A DNA stretch of 24,000 nucleotides, taken from positions 3,373,850-3,397,849 of the forward strand of contig NZ_AP023081.1 of assembly GCF_026072635.1 (NCBI RefSeq), in the 5' to 3' direction. Both the position numbers and the translations under genes were made by a program. Numbering within the stretch: the stretch's first letter is position 1; the number at the start of each line of letters is the position of its first letter. The stretch comes from Pseudomonas solani (GTDB taxonomy: Bacteria; Pseudomonadota; Gammaproteobacteria; Pseudomonadales; Pseudomonadaceae). The notes beneath the pieces are model-generated. The model ran no database searches. It was not told where the DNA came from and saw nothing but the letters and a program-made list of their open reading frames with translations. Positions 23,499 through 24,000 of this stretch are shown in pieces.

Positions 23499-23630
23499 AA
23501 AATGGCAAGCGCGATTTGCAGCCTTTCGTCGTCTGCTTGATCCAGGTCACGCTGGAGGGTGCGCCCGAGTCTTCTCCCGCGTCCCGTATCCACTGCGTTG
23601 TGAGCTGGTTCGGAAGGAGTTGGCGATGGC

Positions 23631-23661
23631 GCAATAAAAAGCCCGTCGCGAGGACGGGCTT
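23631..23661 (-). terminator. Intrinsic terminator of ispB
   Basis: Minus strand AAGCCCGUC-CUCGC-GACGGGCUU followed by UUUAUUGC, 20 nt after the ispB stop. Confidence 0.85.
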
Positions 23662-23680
23662 CTGGTGATGCGGGGTTGGA

Positions 23681-24000
23681 TCAGTGCGTGCGTGCCACGG
23701 CGAAGCGAGTGAGCTCGATCAGGGCGTCGCGGTATTCGTTGCTCGGCAGCACTTCCAGGCAGGCGATGGCGCGTTCGGCGTAGTCGCGGGCGAGGCGGGC
23801 GGTGTAGTCCAGGGCGCCGGCGGCTTCGACGGCTGCGCGGACGCCTTCCAGGTCCTGGCTGCCGCCCTGCTGGATGGCCTGGCGGACCACGGCGGCCTGC
23901 TCGGCGGTGCCGTCACGCATGGTGGCGATCAGCGGCAGGGTGGGCTTGCCTTCGGCGAGGTCGTCGCCGACGTTCTTGCCCAGGGTGGCGGCATCGCCGC
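23681..24000 (-). CDS. ispB: Octaprenyl-diphosphate synthase IspB, C-terminal ~106 aa (5' end beyond the window)
   Basis: The reading frame is open to the window edge (..GDAATLGKNVGDDLAEGKPTLPLIATMRDGT..). This is the second aspartate-rich-region context of trans-polyprenyl synthases. C-terminus ..YRDALIELTRFAVARTH. Confidence 0.92.
   Translation of the reverse strand, partial: GDAATLGKNVGDDLAEGKPTLPLIATMRDGTAEQAAVVRQAIQQGGSQDLEGVRAAVEAAGALDYTARLARDYAERAIACLEVLPSNEYRDALIELTRFAVARTH

Noticed and set aside
23387-23593. 68-aa minus-strand ORF with a hydrophobic stretch
   Set aside because: It overlaps the start of the 82-aa gene out of frame. The hydrophobic run comes from translating the AT-rich promoter and Fur-box region. 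No SD.

Overview
High-GC (about 65%) Pseudomonas-type chromosomal segment. From memory, the gene order (ettA, gdhA, rtcA, rtcB, rtcR, Lon-like protease, yqhA, fklB, small iron-regulated gene, ispB) resembles the P. aeruginosa PA4569-PA4595 region. The flanks are ordinary housekeeping genes. The centre (about 3.7-16.1 kb) is an unusually elaborate RtcR/sigma-54-type RNA-repair locus, all on the minus strand. It starts with a sigma-54 promoter and an Rsr (bacterial Ro60, TROVE+vWA) gene. A 660-nt non-coding stretch follows, which I read as FIVE tandem Y-RNA-like modules. Four of them carry circularly permuted tRNA-like domains. Next comes rtcB, then four genes inserted between rtcB and rtcA: a 192-197 aa unknown, an RlaP-type nucleotidyltransferase, a 301 aa protein with a signal-peptide-like N-terminus, and a 459 aa HEAT-like repeat protein. 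rtcA closes the operon. Divergently transcribed are a secreted YiiX-like permuted papain-fold gene 2 nt upstream of rtcR (CARF + AAA+ sigma-54 activator), then a NADAR gene that overlaps an SMI1/KNR4 (SUKH) gene by one base. Other points of note: a DUF4105-type gene broken by two 1-nt homopolymer deletions; a 23-bp palindromic motif containing a perfect DnaA-box 9-mer, present upstream of two adjacent genes; a paired CTGTACAG palindrome; and a Fur-box-like site. I saw no CRISPR array, transposase, integrase or canonical tRNA/rRNA gene. All domain calls rest on motif recognition by eye; no database search was run.
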